DNA of 64,000 nt from Epithemia pelagica (GCA_946965045.2 OX337229.1:868001-932000); one strand, 5' to 3'; counted from the stretch's first letter, positions 29,719 through 40,779 are shown. The notes: generated by a model not told the origin, from the sequence alone. Numbers and translations are program-made.

Positions 29719-31806
29719 TTAAAGTTTCTCCTTCAAGTCTTTCCAGGCCTCAGGGAATACATCATCCGGTACGCCAATGGCATGTCGGAACGCATGTGGT
29801 AAATGCTGATCTGTCGTGTAAATCTTGTCGGACAAGCGAATGGCTTTGCGGGGGACATGTGTGACAATCAAGGGTGAGGTTAACCGTTCTTCCTTGCGTA
29901 ATCCGTATCGGTTCAAAATCTGGACCGAATAGAAAAAGACATTCTTGTACTTGGTAGCCTGTCGTTCCATGATGCGACAGGGACGCATATTGGAGAATTC
30001 AAACATGCCTCTGGTAAGTTCCCATTTGATCGTCGTGACCGAGCCATCTCCCTTCTGCTTCTGACTATTGCTTGTGGTGGTGGTAGCCAAATGTTGACGA
30101 ACCGTTTCATTGACGGGGAAAAAGCAGGATGCAAAAATATGATCCGGATAGGGATGTCCTTTTAATTCTTTTTCGGTCCGTGCTTGAACAATCGCATCGT
30201 CGTGGACATAGGACGGTGCATAGCTTTCGGCATGGGGTGGAGGCTTCCATTCGCGAACATGGTCCTTCCATGCAATATCCCAGGCTGCACCATAATCCAA
30301 CAAGACTTCTTCACCTGCCACCAAGTCACGTGTGGCAACCAACTCCAACAAAAGACCCGACTCGCGCTGCGTCCACAATTGATGCGTGGAATTGTTTTGC
30401 AACCATTCTCGGTGGCGAAAGAGTGTGGGTGAGTTGGACCACTGCAATCGAACATTGGGAAACACATTTGTTTGTTCATGTTTTTGTTTGTGGCTCTTGT
30501 GCGTCTTGTCCGGCATTCGATTGGTACCATTACTAGAAGCATGATTGATGAGAGAAAACATGGGACCGTATGGAACCAAGACTGTCGAGGATTCTTCATG
30601 TCCCAAGACATAGTTCAACAACAATTGCCATCCTTCAAACATGTTGTCCTTTTGTGAATTGTCATCTTCCTTGGCTCGTTGGACCCACAAGGCCTGTTTG
30701 GCAATGGGAATGACAGGGACCGGCAACACAACATGACCCGCAGGTACATCCCATCGGACAAAGGCACCACGACCGGCATGAAGAAGCTCCGAATGTCCCG
30801 GTTTGAGGGCGTCCAAACAACGACCTTCTTGCTGCAATTGCGACCAGGGACGGTGACCCCATTGTGTTGAATCTTTTTCATCATCCGGATTTGGCAATTC
30901 GTTTTCCGTGCCAGTGGATGTTGACGACGAAGGTTCGGGGAGTTGTGTGATGAGAAAGTTTCCCTCCTTATCTGTATTGGAATGAACCTTTTGTTGTCGT
31001 TCTTGAAACCATTTAGAGCCATAATTGACAAAGATTTCATCTCCCAAACTGCGATTGTGCAAGACAAACCAGGTATAATTGTGATAATGGGTAATCGCTC
31101 CCGCACCGGGCGACTGCAAGCGCGTGAGTCCTCCTTCATCAATGCGGGGAGGAAAGGGCAAGACATTGGCTCCTGAATGTCCTGCCTTGGCACTCTCCAA
31201 TCCATTGGCCAGCATACCAATGCCAGGCATGTGCGATACAACCGTCACACCTTCGTAAATACCACCCGTCTCTGAGGCTTCCCACCAATAGGAATGCAAG
31301 AGCAAGGCTAAACTGGCATGTGCGGGCAAATCGTGTACTTGCACCACAACATCACCTCCCATCAAGGGGCGGCCTCGGGAAAGTGTCTTGCGGTGCCCCG
31401 AAAATACACCCCATCCCGAATTAGGTAAGGAACTCATGGCCAAAATCATACCACATTCGTCCGACACGACAGAAGTCGAACGGTCTTCCAGGTCAGGTTC
31501 ATGTTTAAGGCAGTTTGTGGTGCTAGTGGACTCGTTGCCGTTCGTGGTCTGCTCATTGTCTGGAGAGGACGCACAAACTGCGGATTCTGGATCCTGTCCA
31601 TCCTTGTCTTCAGTATGACGCTCTGGAACATTTGAAGGATCCTCATTCCGTTCTTTTGGAGAGAGTACTGTCGCCGTGGTGGTTTCTCCAGTCGTTCTGG
31701 TCGTTGCTGTCGTTGAAGATGTGTCTTCACTCACGACTGTGTGGCCAAAGAATGCCATGAAAAACAAAACTACCACCGACACATGCATCCATTTTACCAT
31801 CGCCAT
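29719..31806 (-). CDS. Signal-peptide-bearing protein with two SET-like subdomains, 695 aa
   Basis: Signal peptide (VSVVVLFFMAFFGHTVVS); SSLPNSGWGVF...EIFVNYG and AGRGAF...LINHAS...ATRDLVAGEEVLLDYG. Confidence 0.7.
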   Translation of the reverse strand: MAMVKWMHVSVVVLFFMAFFGHTVVSEDTSSTTATTRTTGETTTATVLSPKERNEDPSNVPERHTEDKDGQDPESAVCASSPDNEQTTNGNESTSTTNCLKHEPDLEDRSTSVVSDECGMILAMSSLPNSGWGVFSGHRKTLSRGRPLMGGDVVVQVHDLPAHASLALLLHSYWWEASETGGIYEGVTVVSHMPGIGMLANGLESAKAGHSGANVLPFPPRIDEGGLTRLQSPGAGAITHYHNYTWFVLHNRSLGDEIFVNYGSKWFQERQQKVHSNTDKEGNFLITQLPEPSSSTSTGTENELPNPDDEKDSTQWGHRPWSQLQQEGRCLDALKPGHSELLHAGRGAFVRWDVPAGHVVLPVPVIPIAKQALWVQRAKEDDNSQKDNMFEGWQLLLNYVLGHEESSTVLVPYGPMFSLINHASSNGTNRMPDKTHKSHKQKHEQTNVFPNVRLQWSNSPTLFRHREWLQNNSTHQLWTQRESGLLLELVATRDLVAGEEVLLDYGAAWDIAWKDHVREWKPPPHAESYAPSYVHDDAIVQARTEKELKGHPYPDHIFASCFFPVNETVRQHLATTTTSNSQKQKGDGSVTTIKWELTRGMFEFSNMRPCRIMERQATKYKNVFFYSVQILNRYGLRKEERLTSPLIVTHVPRKAIRLSDKIYTTDQHLPHAFRHAIGVPDDVFPEAWKDLKEKL

Positions 31807-32209
31807 GGTAGAAACAATGAAAGAAAGTCAACTGCAAAAGCGATTGTCCCTTGCCGTCTACCTTATGAACACCTACATCCAAGTTGGGCTCGGAACTTGG
31901 AACCTTTGACAGTTCCAATGACGAGAACAGCGACTTATCAACGACTCTTTTTAAGCGACTACATATGCGACTGAGGTAGCTTACGTCACTTTTTAGTGAT
32001 ACGACATAAGAAGCGGAACATCCTTGCTTCTGTTTGGAAAATCGATGTGGACTTTATGGACATGGCGTGTGTTGTTCATCTCTTTCTCTCCCTTCTTCTG
32101 TTGTTTGTGTTGTAGTCGTCCTCTGTAGCTACGCATTTTCTTTCTTGCCACGGCTGGAACAAGAGACGACATTGGTTGAGTCTCGATTTTATTTTGCATT
32201 TATTGCCCC

Positions 32210-33229
32210 ATGAGGCCAAGAAAACTGATCCAACCACAGTGCCAACCGCCGCTTGGCGTTGGTTGCTCGTTGGGGTTGTTGTTGCTCTTGTTGCAACTGC
32301 TCTTTCTGTCATCGGTGCATTGCTTTGTTTCGGACGATTCTCCTCGTGGCGCATCTCGATTTTTTCTCGACTCGGCCAATGAAAAAGAATGGGAAAATCT
32401 CTTGTGCACAGGCATGTTTCATGGCGTCACAACCAATCCACTCGTATTGAAGCAAGTCAATCAACCTTGTACCATTGAAAACCTGCATCGCATGGCCCAT
32501 GTGGCCTTGCAATCCGTCAATGAATTTTTCTGTCAAACATGGGGAAGTACCGTCGAAGAAATGTACCAGAACGGCATGGCATTGACCCAACCCGCCCGCG
32601 ATCGCATTGTTGTCAAGGTACCCATTACCTTGGCGGGAGTTCAAGTGGCCACCAAATTGATTCAATCCGGCTGTCGCGTCTGCTTGACGGCCGTCTTTGA
32701 TCACAAACAAGTCTTGACGGCCGTCGCCATTGGAGCCGAGTACTTGGCACCCTGTCTCGGCCTCATGAACGATATTGGAAAGGATGGAGAACAGGAATGC
32801 CGACAAATGCTGGAGATTGTCAAGGGCTTGAAAGGCCAAACCCGCGTCCTCGTTGCCTGTGTCCGGGATGTGGACCAATTGACTCAATTGGCGGCTGCTG
32901 GAATGGATACCTCGTCCTTTTCGCCGGAAATTGCCAAAAATTTGTTTTTGGAACCATTGACTGATGCAGTGGCGGCCGAATTCGAACACTGTGCCACGGT
33001 ACACCAGTCTTGTTCCGGGTCGCCTCCCATTGTGAGTGTGAGCAGTCCAATCACAAGTGTGACCAATGTGGAGACCTTGTCAACCTCTCCTCCTACGGCT
33101 TCTCTGATTTCTACCCAGAACAACAACAACAAGTTCTCAAAGCCCAATCGAAGAATATGTACAAGACGCAGTCATTGTAGATCATCCACACCGGAACGCC
33201 ATCGGCGTGAGTTAACCTTGTCACGATGA
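32210..33229 (+). CDS. Transaldolase-family (FSA/TalC-type) aldolase, copy 1, with altered active site
   Basis: FFLDSA, GVTTNP and VVKVP (Schiff-base Lys); signal peptide + VHC-F; PCLGL and VACVR replace the conserved PYxGR and ASxR. Confidence 0.8.
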   Translation: MRPRKLIQPQCQPPLGVGCSLGLLLLLLQLLFLSSVHCFVSDDSPRGASRFFLDSANEKEWENLLCTGMFHGVTTNPLVLKQVNQPCTIENLHRMAHVALQSVNEFFCQTWGSTVEEMYQNGMALTQPARDRIVVKVPITLAGVQVATKLIQSGCRVCLTAVFDHKQVLTAVAIGAEYLAPCLGLMNDIGKDGEQECRQMLEIVKGLKGQTRVLVACVRDVDQLTQLAAAGMDTSSFSPEIAKNLFLEPLTDAVAAEFEHCATVHQSCSGSPPIVSVSSPITSVTNVETLSTSPPTASLISTQNNNNKFSKPNRRICTRRSHCRSSTPERHRRELTLSR

Positions 33230-34143
33230 CAATGGTTCCTTCATCTTCTTGGATCCTTTTCTTTCCAGGTCATTAGCCAGAGGTGATGGGGAACTTGGTT
33301 GGCCGATTTGGTTCGATTGACTGAGTGGACAGGCATATAAGCAGCTTCTCCTTCCATACAGATGCCCTCTTCCCAGCCTCGCTCTTTCGCATCCGGATTA
33401 CCTGTACATACACTTCACATGAAGCCTAGCAACGAAAGCACACCATCCCGCGCGAAACCATTCCAACACGTTGTCATACCCACAAATCAGAAAAGAGAAT
33501 GGAAACATTTGACACCTGAACATGCTTATCATCAGCCAATGCTGAAAGGACACACTGCAATGTACGCTCTCGGCGCATCGAGTTGGAACCAATCTATGGG
33601 ACCTCATACGAACCACCAGCGATCAAAGTAACGTTTGATCCAGATTTTACAGGGCAAGACTAACCATGGCCTATATCGCTTCTTGCCTGTTCCTCTGGAT
33701 ACAAAACTGTCCACAGGATACCCTGTTCACACAACACAACCTACACCAAGACCAAAGCCCACCCATGCGAACAATTTTCTCCAGTGGGTGTAGGTAGAGT
33801 AATTTTTAGAAGGAAATTCAACCATTTACACGGTGAGGACGATGCCATGGTGTGCAACTTTCATGACGTACCTTTCGGATTTCAGAAACATGCATTGAGA
33901 AGGTCTGGTGTTTACTTTGTTTTCCAGGATGTGTTAAGGTCCCATGGTTCTGCCGAGGACGTTTGGGCCTAAACTAGTCTATGTGGTCGCTACTATAGCT
34001 ACATGTACAGAGAGTAAAGCCCACGTGATTTCCACGATTCAGAAGCGACCTCTTCTATGGTACGTGTTCTTGCCCCCGATTTCGTACCAAGATGTGTACA
34101 CGACGGATGGGTCTCTCTTGACAATCCATTACAGTTGCCAACC

Positions 34144-34959
34144 ATGAATCTTCCAACGTCGTTGGTGCTAGGGATCAGTATATGTTTCCTCTCGTTGCTG
34201 TTTGTGGAATCCTTTGCGCCCGAGTTTCGAGGTGATTCTCGATTCTTTCTGGACACGGCCGATGAACGAGAATGGGAGGAACTCTTGTGCACGGGCATGT
34301 TTCATGGCGTGACGACGAATCCAACGTTACTGCAGCAGGCCGATCAACCATGTACAGTGGATAACTTGCATCGGATGGCATTCACGGCCCTCAAGTCCGT
34401 GGATGAATTCATGTGTCAAACCTGGGGATCTTCGGTCGAAGAACTCTACGAACGGGGCATGGCCCTCTCCGCTCCTGCACGGGACCGTATCGTCGTCAAG
34501 GTGCCGGTGACCTTTCTAGGTGTACAAGCGGCATCCAAGCTGATACAAGCTGGTTGTCGAGTATGTCTGACAGCCTGTTTTGATCACAAGCAAGCATTGG
34601 TCGCAGTGTCGATTGGAGCCGAGTACATTGCTCCGTATTTGGGACGCATGAACGATGCCGGCAAAAATGGCATGAAAGAATGTACTGATATGATGGAAAT
34701 TGTGCATGGGATGCAAGGAGAAACACGCATTCTAGTGGCCAGTCTGCGTAACGTGGAAATGATTTCTCAATTGGCACTGAGTGAATTGGATACCTTCACC
34801 ATGTCGCCCAAGGTTGCGCGAGAACTCTTGTGTGTGGAACCTCTCACCGATAAGGTCACCGCAGCCTTTGAAAAGGCAGCTGCTCATGTGGTTGTTGGGA
34901 ACAACAACGATATGGATGGAGAGGGCGCCAACAACCATCACAACAACAGTCATTCCTGA
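34144..34959 (+). CDS. Transaldolase-family (FSA/TalC-type) aldolase, copy 2
   Basis: FFLDTA, GVTTNP, MCQTW, VVKVP, YIAPYLGR, ILVASLR; signal peptide + VES-FAP plastid motif. Confidence 0.85.
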   Translation: MNLPTSLVLGISICFLSLLFVESFAPEFRGDSRFFLDTADEREWEELLCTGMFHGVTTNPTLLQQADQPCTVDNLHRMAFTALKSVDEFMCQTWGSSVEELYERGMALSAPARDRIVVKVPVTFLGVQAASKLIQAGCRVCLTACFDHKQALVAVSIGAEYIAPYLGRMNDAGKNGMKECTDMMEIVHGMQGETRILVASLRNVEMISQLALSELDTFTMSPKVARELLCVEPLTDKVTAAFEKAAAHVVVGNNNDMDGEGANNHHNNSHS

Positions 34960-35605
34960 AATTTCAAGTCTCTGTATTTTTTCTTTGTCCTGTGAACCGA
35001 GTCATCGTGTCGACATGAGACATGGGCTCATCCCCTTTTTGTCAACGGTTATTAATTTGTTGAATGGCAAGTGGTTTTCTTGTTCAGAACCCCACTAAGT
35101 TGTTCTTACATAACTTTTAGGAGTACTCCGGACCGATCGAAAGCATGGGAATTGATCACAATTGAATAGTTCAAGACTTTTTTGAAACTGAAACCGATTC
35201 TGTTTTGTTTATTTCGCACAATGCATTTGCATTCCCATTTACTCCATGCACTCCTACTTCAACATTGCTCTCTCCTCCAAAAGCTATGTATGCTATCTTT
35301 CCGTGATTAGTGAGATCCACATGCGACTCATCGCTGCGTCATTTCCGTTCGTCCGCACCCCCCAAAAACTCCTCCCGCCCTCATTTTTTACGTAGAGTTT
35401 AGAGTTCGCTCTCGAAGGACGCTTTCAACTCGTTGGGACTTTTTTTCTCGTTCTGTTCACAATACGATACCATCACCGTTACGTCGAGTGGACCACATAC
35501 ATACATTGATATACAAGGGAGACGCCGTTGTTGTCGGATCATCTGCATCCAGTCAAGACTGAAGAGAGCAGTGGATCTCACTGGGGAGAGAGAATCCACG
35601 GCATC

Positions 35606-38600
35606 ATGCTAAGACCTTTTGAAGAACTGAATCGCTGGATTCAGAGTGTGGACTCGAAAGAAAAGGGGGAAACAACCGGAGGCACCACATCCAAACGTCC
35701 AAGAAACTCGGGGCATGGAGATTCGATAGAGTCGCTCTACCACGGAAAATCGATTTATGAACTCTCCGAAGCCGATTGTCGGGCGTTTGCGAACGGAACA
35801 TCCAATGGCGAACATCAACACGAAGAGCAAACACCCTTGGCCGTGACTCGTTTACGTATATTGGAGGTATGGAAGCAGCTCATGAAAGTTTTGGTTGAGA
35901 AACATATTTTCTGGGATCAGATCAAAAACATTAAACAAGGATTCATTTCCTCGACAGGATTCGAGCCGACAGCATCCAACAACCCTGATGGCATACCATC
36001 GTTGGGCTTGATTCATGCTTCGGATATCCGTCACGTCGAAACATTGGTGCGGCTCTTGGTCCATACCGCCGAGCATGTGGATCGAGACAATTCCACCGAA
36101 TGCCGGTTCGCGACACTGCTCGAAATTTTGTTATCCTACACACCGCAATGGGTACCCTCGGAGGAAGTGGCGCGACTCTGGATTCGTCTCATGCAACGAG
36201 TGCCGTATCAATGTGCTCCCACCAACTTTCGTCGCAAAGCCTATCGAGTCTTGGTATCGCTCAGTTGGGTCCCCAGCTCCAAGGGATTGCTCGCAGCTTG
36301 TAGTATTCCGGAACGATCCATGCGTGTGGCTCCATTGCCCAAGGCCAGTCAAACCTATCGCTGCGCCGTAGTTTCAACGCAACCGAGTAAAACCAACACC
36401 AACAATAACAAAAATGGCTCTACTGGTGGTGAGCAGCAAGAATCTCAAGTCACTATCCCACGACATGATTCCGTCAATCAATTACTGGATCGTCTCAAGG
36501 ATGAAACAGATGTCTGTGTGGCCTTGACGTCGACTCAACCTGGTATAGGCAAGAGTACATTGGCCTCTCTGGTGGTGTCTCATCCATCAATTCAAAAAAG
36601 CTTTTTCGTGGTATGGATCCGGCTGGTCTCGCCCACCAATATCAGTAATGGAGACACAAATGCTTCGGAAAGCCACAACTCGAAAAGTCACAACATGTCG
36701 TTTGAAACCTACCGCGATCATATTATTCAAATACGAGATCAAATTCGTGAACAACAAGGGTCCAACGATGGTGAAAAAGAAATCGATTTTACCTTTCCAA
36801 CCTGTGAAGAACGATTTGAAGAACCAGCAGTCCGACAATTGCGAGAGGAACAGACCATGGCTCTCACCAAAGAGAGCGTGGCCAAGGAACTCAAAGCCTT
36901 GCAGAATCCAAATTTGTTGCTTGTCCTGGAAAACGTGACGAGTGATGCACAAATCCCTTTGTTTCGGTTCCATGACAAACAATCCTTGATCATTACCACT
37001 GCCGAAGACGAACTGAAGAATGTAGATTGGCAAGTCGAACTGGATCCAATCAGCTGTGAGGAAGCCGTTGATTTATTCCTCGGACATGCTGGATTGCCGC
37101 CCTCGCATCCCCTGGGACAAACACCGGAACTGCAATTTATGTTGGAAGATCAGTGTCAATATCTTCCGTTAACCATTCGAACGGTTGGGAGATGGTGCCG
37201 CCTGAAATCTGTCGCGGCTGGACCCATTCGGGCCTGCATTGAAATTATGAAGGAAATGGAAGAGCTTGCGACGGACCAACAACAATGCTCTCTCGTATTC
37301 GAAGGAGCTCCTGACGCCAAACGATTTCTATTTGATATACTAAGTCTCATGATTGGACCGTCACAGCGGAATGAAAATGATGGGACCCATGGTATGACTT
37401 CAGCGGTCTTTGTCGTTTGTTTGGCTGCCATGGCTGTCGTTTTTCCGGCAGGGAAACGTGTTCCATTGGATGTGGTGCTCTTGCTGTGGGAGCAAATACT
37501 ACTTGTAGAACCTGTTGTGGCGAATGAAGTGTCTGCACTGATCGACCTCCGTAGCTCCACTCCAGATGGGAAAAACGGGAAAAGCAACACAAATAGAGAA
37601 AAAAGCCGAGAACGTCGTCAGTTTGTCGGCATGATTGCTCAGGGTTTACTTCACATGGGTATGGTTGAAATTTATGAAGTCGACAACAATACGTGGATTG
37701 AAATCCATCATCAGATCTATTCTGAGTTTGCCTGGACTATGGCAAAGGGACTTGACCTCGGTGAATCGTCCTTTGAACGAACGGTGCAGAAATGGCACAA
37801 AGCCTTTGTAACGTCGTACTTTGAACAACGCATTCAAAAGAATATTGCCATTGAAGCTGTTGGAGGTGTCAACAGCTTGGATTATGCTGTGCGATTCCTG
37901 CCGACGCACATTTTTCATGCAAGCATGATGAAAATGGGTGAAACAATGTTGGTGGATACTAGATTCTTTGAAATCCGAGTCAAGGCATTGGGGTGGGAAC
38001 GCGCGGTCGAAATTCACATTCAAGATTGCCTTCGACTGCAAAGTGGGTTTTTGGAATACAGTGCCTATCAAGCCAGCAGAAGCTCGTTGAACGGCAGCAA
38101 CTCTGGTCCATCCAGCAGCTCTTCTTTGACCTCTGGTGGTGGCACCACAAACTCGTCGGATCTACTTGTGGTTTCACCTGTCTTTTCCAAATCTTCCGCC
38201 ATGATCACCTCCTTTCTCAAAAATAATGGCAGCAACACAATCAATGAAGACAGAAGCGACAGGGAAAGCGATGATCGGAGGGTCACTGCAGCAGATGTGT
38301 CGACCGCGCTGTATCGCATGGCATTTGGATTGGCTGGACATGGATATTTTGAAGAAGCGCTTTCACAATTCAGTGCTGCCCAAAAGCTTGTTCCAGAGTT
38401 GGGGGAACTTCAGGCATCAATCATGTATGGGATTGCATGGGTCCTCTTGGTCTCTGGAGATAGCAAGAGAGCGCTTCGCAAGATCACCAGTGCTCTCAAA
38501 ACAATGACGGAACAGTATCCACAACATTTGCTCTACAAAGAGGCGAGGCAGCTACACGTCGATACCATGTTTGAACGATGCGATTACAAGAAAGCACTGG

Positions 38601-40420
38601 AAGTCCTGAACGAAATTGAAGCCGACCTTATGAAAGAAAGCGACGAAAACATGATAGAGCTGGGGGCGGTTCTGAAAAAGCGTGGTTGTCTTTTGCACGT
38701 CATGGGGAAAGCAAAGGATGCTGCCGCTGCCTTTACTCAGGCAATCGAATGGAAAGAAATGGCGCAGGAATGCTCGTATGGCTTGGCCAGTTGCTATTGT
38801 CAACTTGGTGATGTGAACATGGAGCTACATGCATTGTCTGGGATAAAAGACAATTTTGAGCGGGCGGTTTCTACTCTTGTCGATTCAAATTGTGACAAAG
38901 AGCACGTGAGCTACCTGGTAGCGACTGGGAAGCTGTACTTTTCGAGAAGCGATTTCGCTCGGTGTTTCGAGGCTCTTGAGGCGGCTCGTAATGCTATCCA
39001 AGTAGCCCCTCTGTACATCATGGATCAATCAGCATACGACCTTCGTTGCATCGCTCGCACGTATCGAGCACGAGGGGACTCAACAACAGCGATTGAGATT
39101 TTACGCGAAAGCTTAACTTTGACAGCTCACCGGCCAAACTCGTTGGAACGGGCTACCTGTCTGCGTGAGCTAGGAAGATACTTGCTCGAAGCAGACCAGA
39201 GTGATGATGAGGGCATAGCATGCTTAAAGGAAGCATTGAGCATCATTGGCATTGCCCTCGGACATTGTTCCCAACTGTTTGAGCTAATGAACACGATCGC
39301 ACTGGTGCATAAGATGCGCTGTGAATACGATGATTCTTTGAAGGTTCTCGCAAAGGCTTCTAGTATACTCGAGACGATAGCTCCCGATGACACGGAGAAG
39401 GAAGCTAATATATACTTTTCGATTGGGGACGTGGAAGAGAAACGAGGAAACTTCAATGAGGCTCTGGGGGCCTACACTCAAGCGACGGAGATTATAGAGC
39501 AAACACATGCCTCAGACGATCCCTTGTTTGCCAAGGTACATGAATGCATGGGTTCTGCTTTGAAGGCTAGCAACCGTTTGGTGGAAGCGCGAGAAAATCT
39601 GGAGGTTGCCGTTCGTATTCGCAGCCATCACTTTGATGAAAGGGCACTGGCTGAGTCCAAGTTTAGTTTGGGTGTGGTTTTAAGAAAACTAGGGAGTATT
39701 CCGGCTTCAGAGAAGCTCTTGAAGGAGTCGTTGGCATATCGAGAACGAAACGAGGGCTCGCATGATCACGTGGCGACGCTGTTTGAAATAGGGAACATTT
39801 ACCTACTCTCAAATCCAGTTCACGCCCTTACGTTTTATCAGGACTGTGTGAGCAAACTTGATGTCAACGATGTTTTACTCGGCGATGTCTATCAAGCAAT
39901 GGGACACGTCAAGTTCTTTGAGGTGAAGGAAGACGAAGCGATTCAGTTCTACCGGCTTGCTCGAGACGTCCGTCAAATCCATTATGGTCAAGAGCACTCA
40001 AAGACAGCCAATTCCCTACGAGGTATTGGAATGACGCAGTTATTTTTCCGACGCAAAGCGGATGCAGAGAAAACCTTGGAATCTCTTTGTCAGATATGTG
40101 GCAATCTTGCAAGGAAGGCTGCTTCCAGTACGTCCGATCTCGAACGGAAAGTCTGCGCGACAAGGGATTACATCTTGGCGATCATATTCCTTGGGGACGC
40201 TTACTATGCCAACCGAAAGAAGCAAGAGGCGGTTTCGCTTTGGAACAAGGCTCGTTCGATTTTTGAACAAGCGCAGCTTGAAAACATGTCATTGCAACCG
40301 GAACTCAGGGACATTTATGAACACCGCTTGGCGTCGGATACACAAGGCGGGAAGGCATCTCCTGAACATGAACAAAGAGAAGCACAAGCTCTGGCTTCCA
40401 TGATCTACGTCGATGACTAA
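35606..40420 (+). CDS. NB-ARC/STAND P-loop NTPase with C-terminal TPR array (NLR-like architecture)
   Basis: Intronless 4.8-kb ORF: Walker A QPGIGKSTLA, Walker B-like LLLVLENV, GLPL-like QYLPLTIRTVG, MHD-like IHHQIY, then many TPR-like repeats (e.g. ANIYFSIGDV..KRGNFNEALGAYTQA). Confidence 0.75.
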   Translation: MLRPFEELNRWIQSVDSKEKGETTGGTTSKRPRNSGHGDSIESLYHGKSIYELSEADCRAFANGTSNGEHQHEEQTPLAVTRLRILEVWKQLMKVLVEKHIFWDQIKNIKQGFISSTGFEPTASNNPDGIPSLGLIHASDIRHVETLVRLLVHTAEHVDRDNSTECRFATLLEILLSYTPQWVPSEEVARLWIRLMQRVPYQCAPTNFRRKAYRVLVSLSWVPSSKGLLAACSIPERSMRVAPLPKASQTYRCAVVSTQPSKTNTNNNKNGSTGGEQQESQVTIPRHDSVNQLLDRLKDETDVCVALTSTQPGIGKSTLASLVVSHPSIQKSFFVVWIRLVSPTNISNGDTNASESHNSKSHNMSFETYRDHIIQIRDQIREQQGSNDGEKEIDFTFPTCEERFEEPAVRQLREEQTMALTKESVAKELKALQNPNLLLVLENVTSDAQIPLFRFHDKQSLIITTAEDELKNVDWQVELDPISCEEAVDLFLGHAGLPPSHPLGQTPELQFMLEDQCQYLPLTIRTVGRWCRLKSVAAGPIRACIEIMKEMEELATDQQQCSLVFEGAPDAKRFLFDILSLMIGPSQRNENDGTHGMTSAVFVVCLAAMAVVFPAGKRVPLDVVLLLWEQILLVEPVVANEVSALIDLRSSTPDGKNGKSNTNREKSRERRQFVGMIAQGLLHMGMVEIYEVDNNTWIEIHHQIYSEFAWTMAKGLDLGESSFERTVQKWHKAFVTSYFEQRIQKNIAIEAVGGVNSLDYAVRFLPTHIFHASMMKMGETMLVDTRFFEIRVKALGWERAVEIHIQDCLRLQSGFLEYSAYQASRSSLNGSNSGPSSSSSLTSGGGTTNSSDLLVVSPVFSKSSAMITSFLKNNGSNTINEDRSDRESDDRRVTAADVSTALYRMAFGLAGHGYFEEALSQFSAAQKLVPELGELQASIMYGIAWVLLVSGDSKRALRKITSALKTMTEQYPQHLLYKEARQLHVDTMFERCDYKKALEVLNEIEADLMKESDENMIELGAVLKKRGCLLHVMGKAKDAAAAFTQAIEWKEMAQECSYGLASCYCQLGDVNMELHALSGIKDNFERAVSTLVDSNCDKEHVSYLVATGKLYFSRSDFARCFEALEAARNAIQVAPLYIMDQSAYDLRCIARTYRARGDSTTAIEILRESLTLTAHRPNSLERATCLRELGRYLLEADQSDDEGIACLKEALSIIGIALGHCSQLFELMNTIALVHKMRCEYDDSLKVLAKASSILETIAPDDTEKEANIYFSIGDVEEKRGNFNEALGAYTQATEIIEQTHASDDPLFAKVHECMGSALKASNRLVEARENLEVAVRIRSHHFDERALAESKFSLGVVLRKLGSIPASEKLLKESLAYRERNEGSHDHVATLFEIGNIYLLSNPVHALTFYQDCVSKLDVNDVLLGDVYQAMGHVKFFEVKEDEAIQFYRLARDVRQIHYGQEHSKTANSLRGIGMTQLFFRRKADAEKTLESLCQICGNLARKAASSTSDLERKVCATRDYILAIIFLGDAYYANRKKQEAVSLWNKARSIFEQAQLENMSLQPELRDIYEHRLASDTQGGKASPEHEQREAQALASMIYVDD

Positions 40421-40460
40421 TATAGTGTTTCATGCGTGTACGTGATAGTGTCTTTTGTAA

Positions 40461-40560
40461 TGTAAAACATGAGTTTTGTATCATAGAGATGTAAAACATG
40501 TCTCTCTGTGTAAAGGAACAGTTGCATCATAGGTGTAAAGGAACAGTCGTATCACGGAGA
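40461..40560. repeat. Four degenerate direct repeats starting TGTAAA
   Basis: tgtaaaacatg at 40461 and 40490; tgtaaaggaacagt at 40509 and 40534; three units end in tRYatcaYRg. Confidence 0.75.
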
Positions 40561-40779
40561 CCACCTCGCAGATCGGCTAGCAGTACATTCGATTTATTTG
40601 TGTGCAAGAAATAGGTTTTGGTTCTATTAACGAGATGTTTCGAGGTAAGGAAAGGGTTCCCCCTCAACGATTAAGATATACCATTAAGCTGCTGCTATAC
40701 ATTGACAAGAATTTCCGTGCCCTGTTCCAAGACCCACAGTTTTAGGACAAAGTTTTCAGACGTTGATGTAGTGGATACT

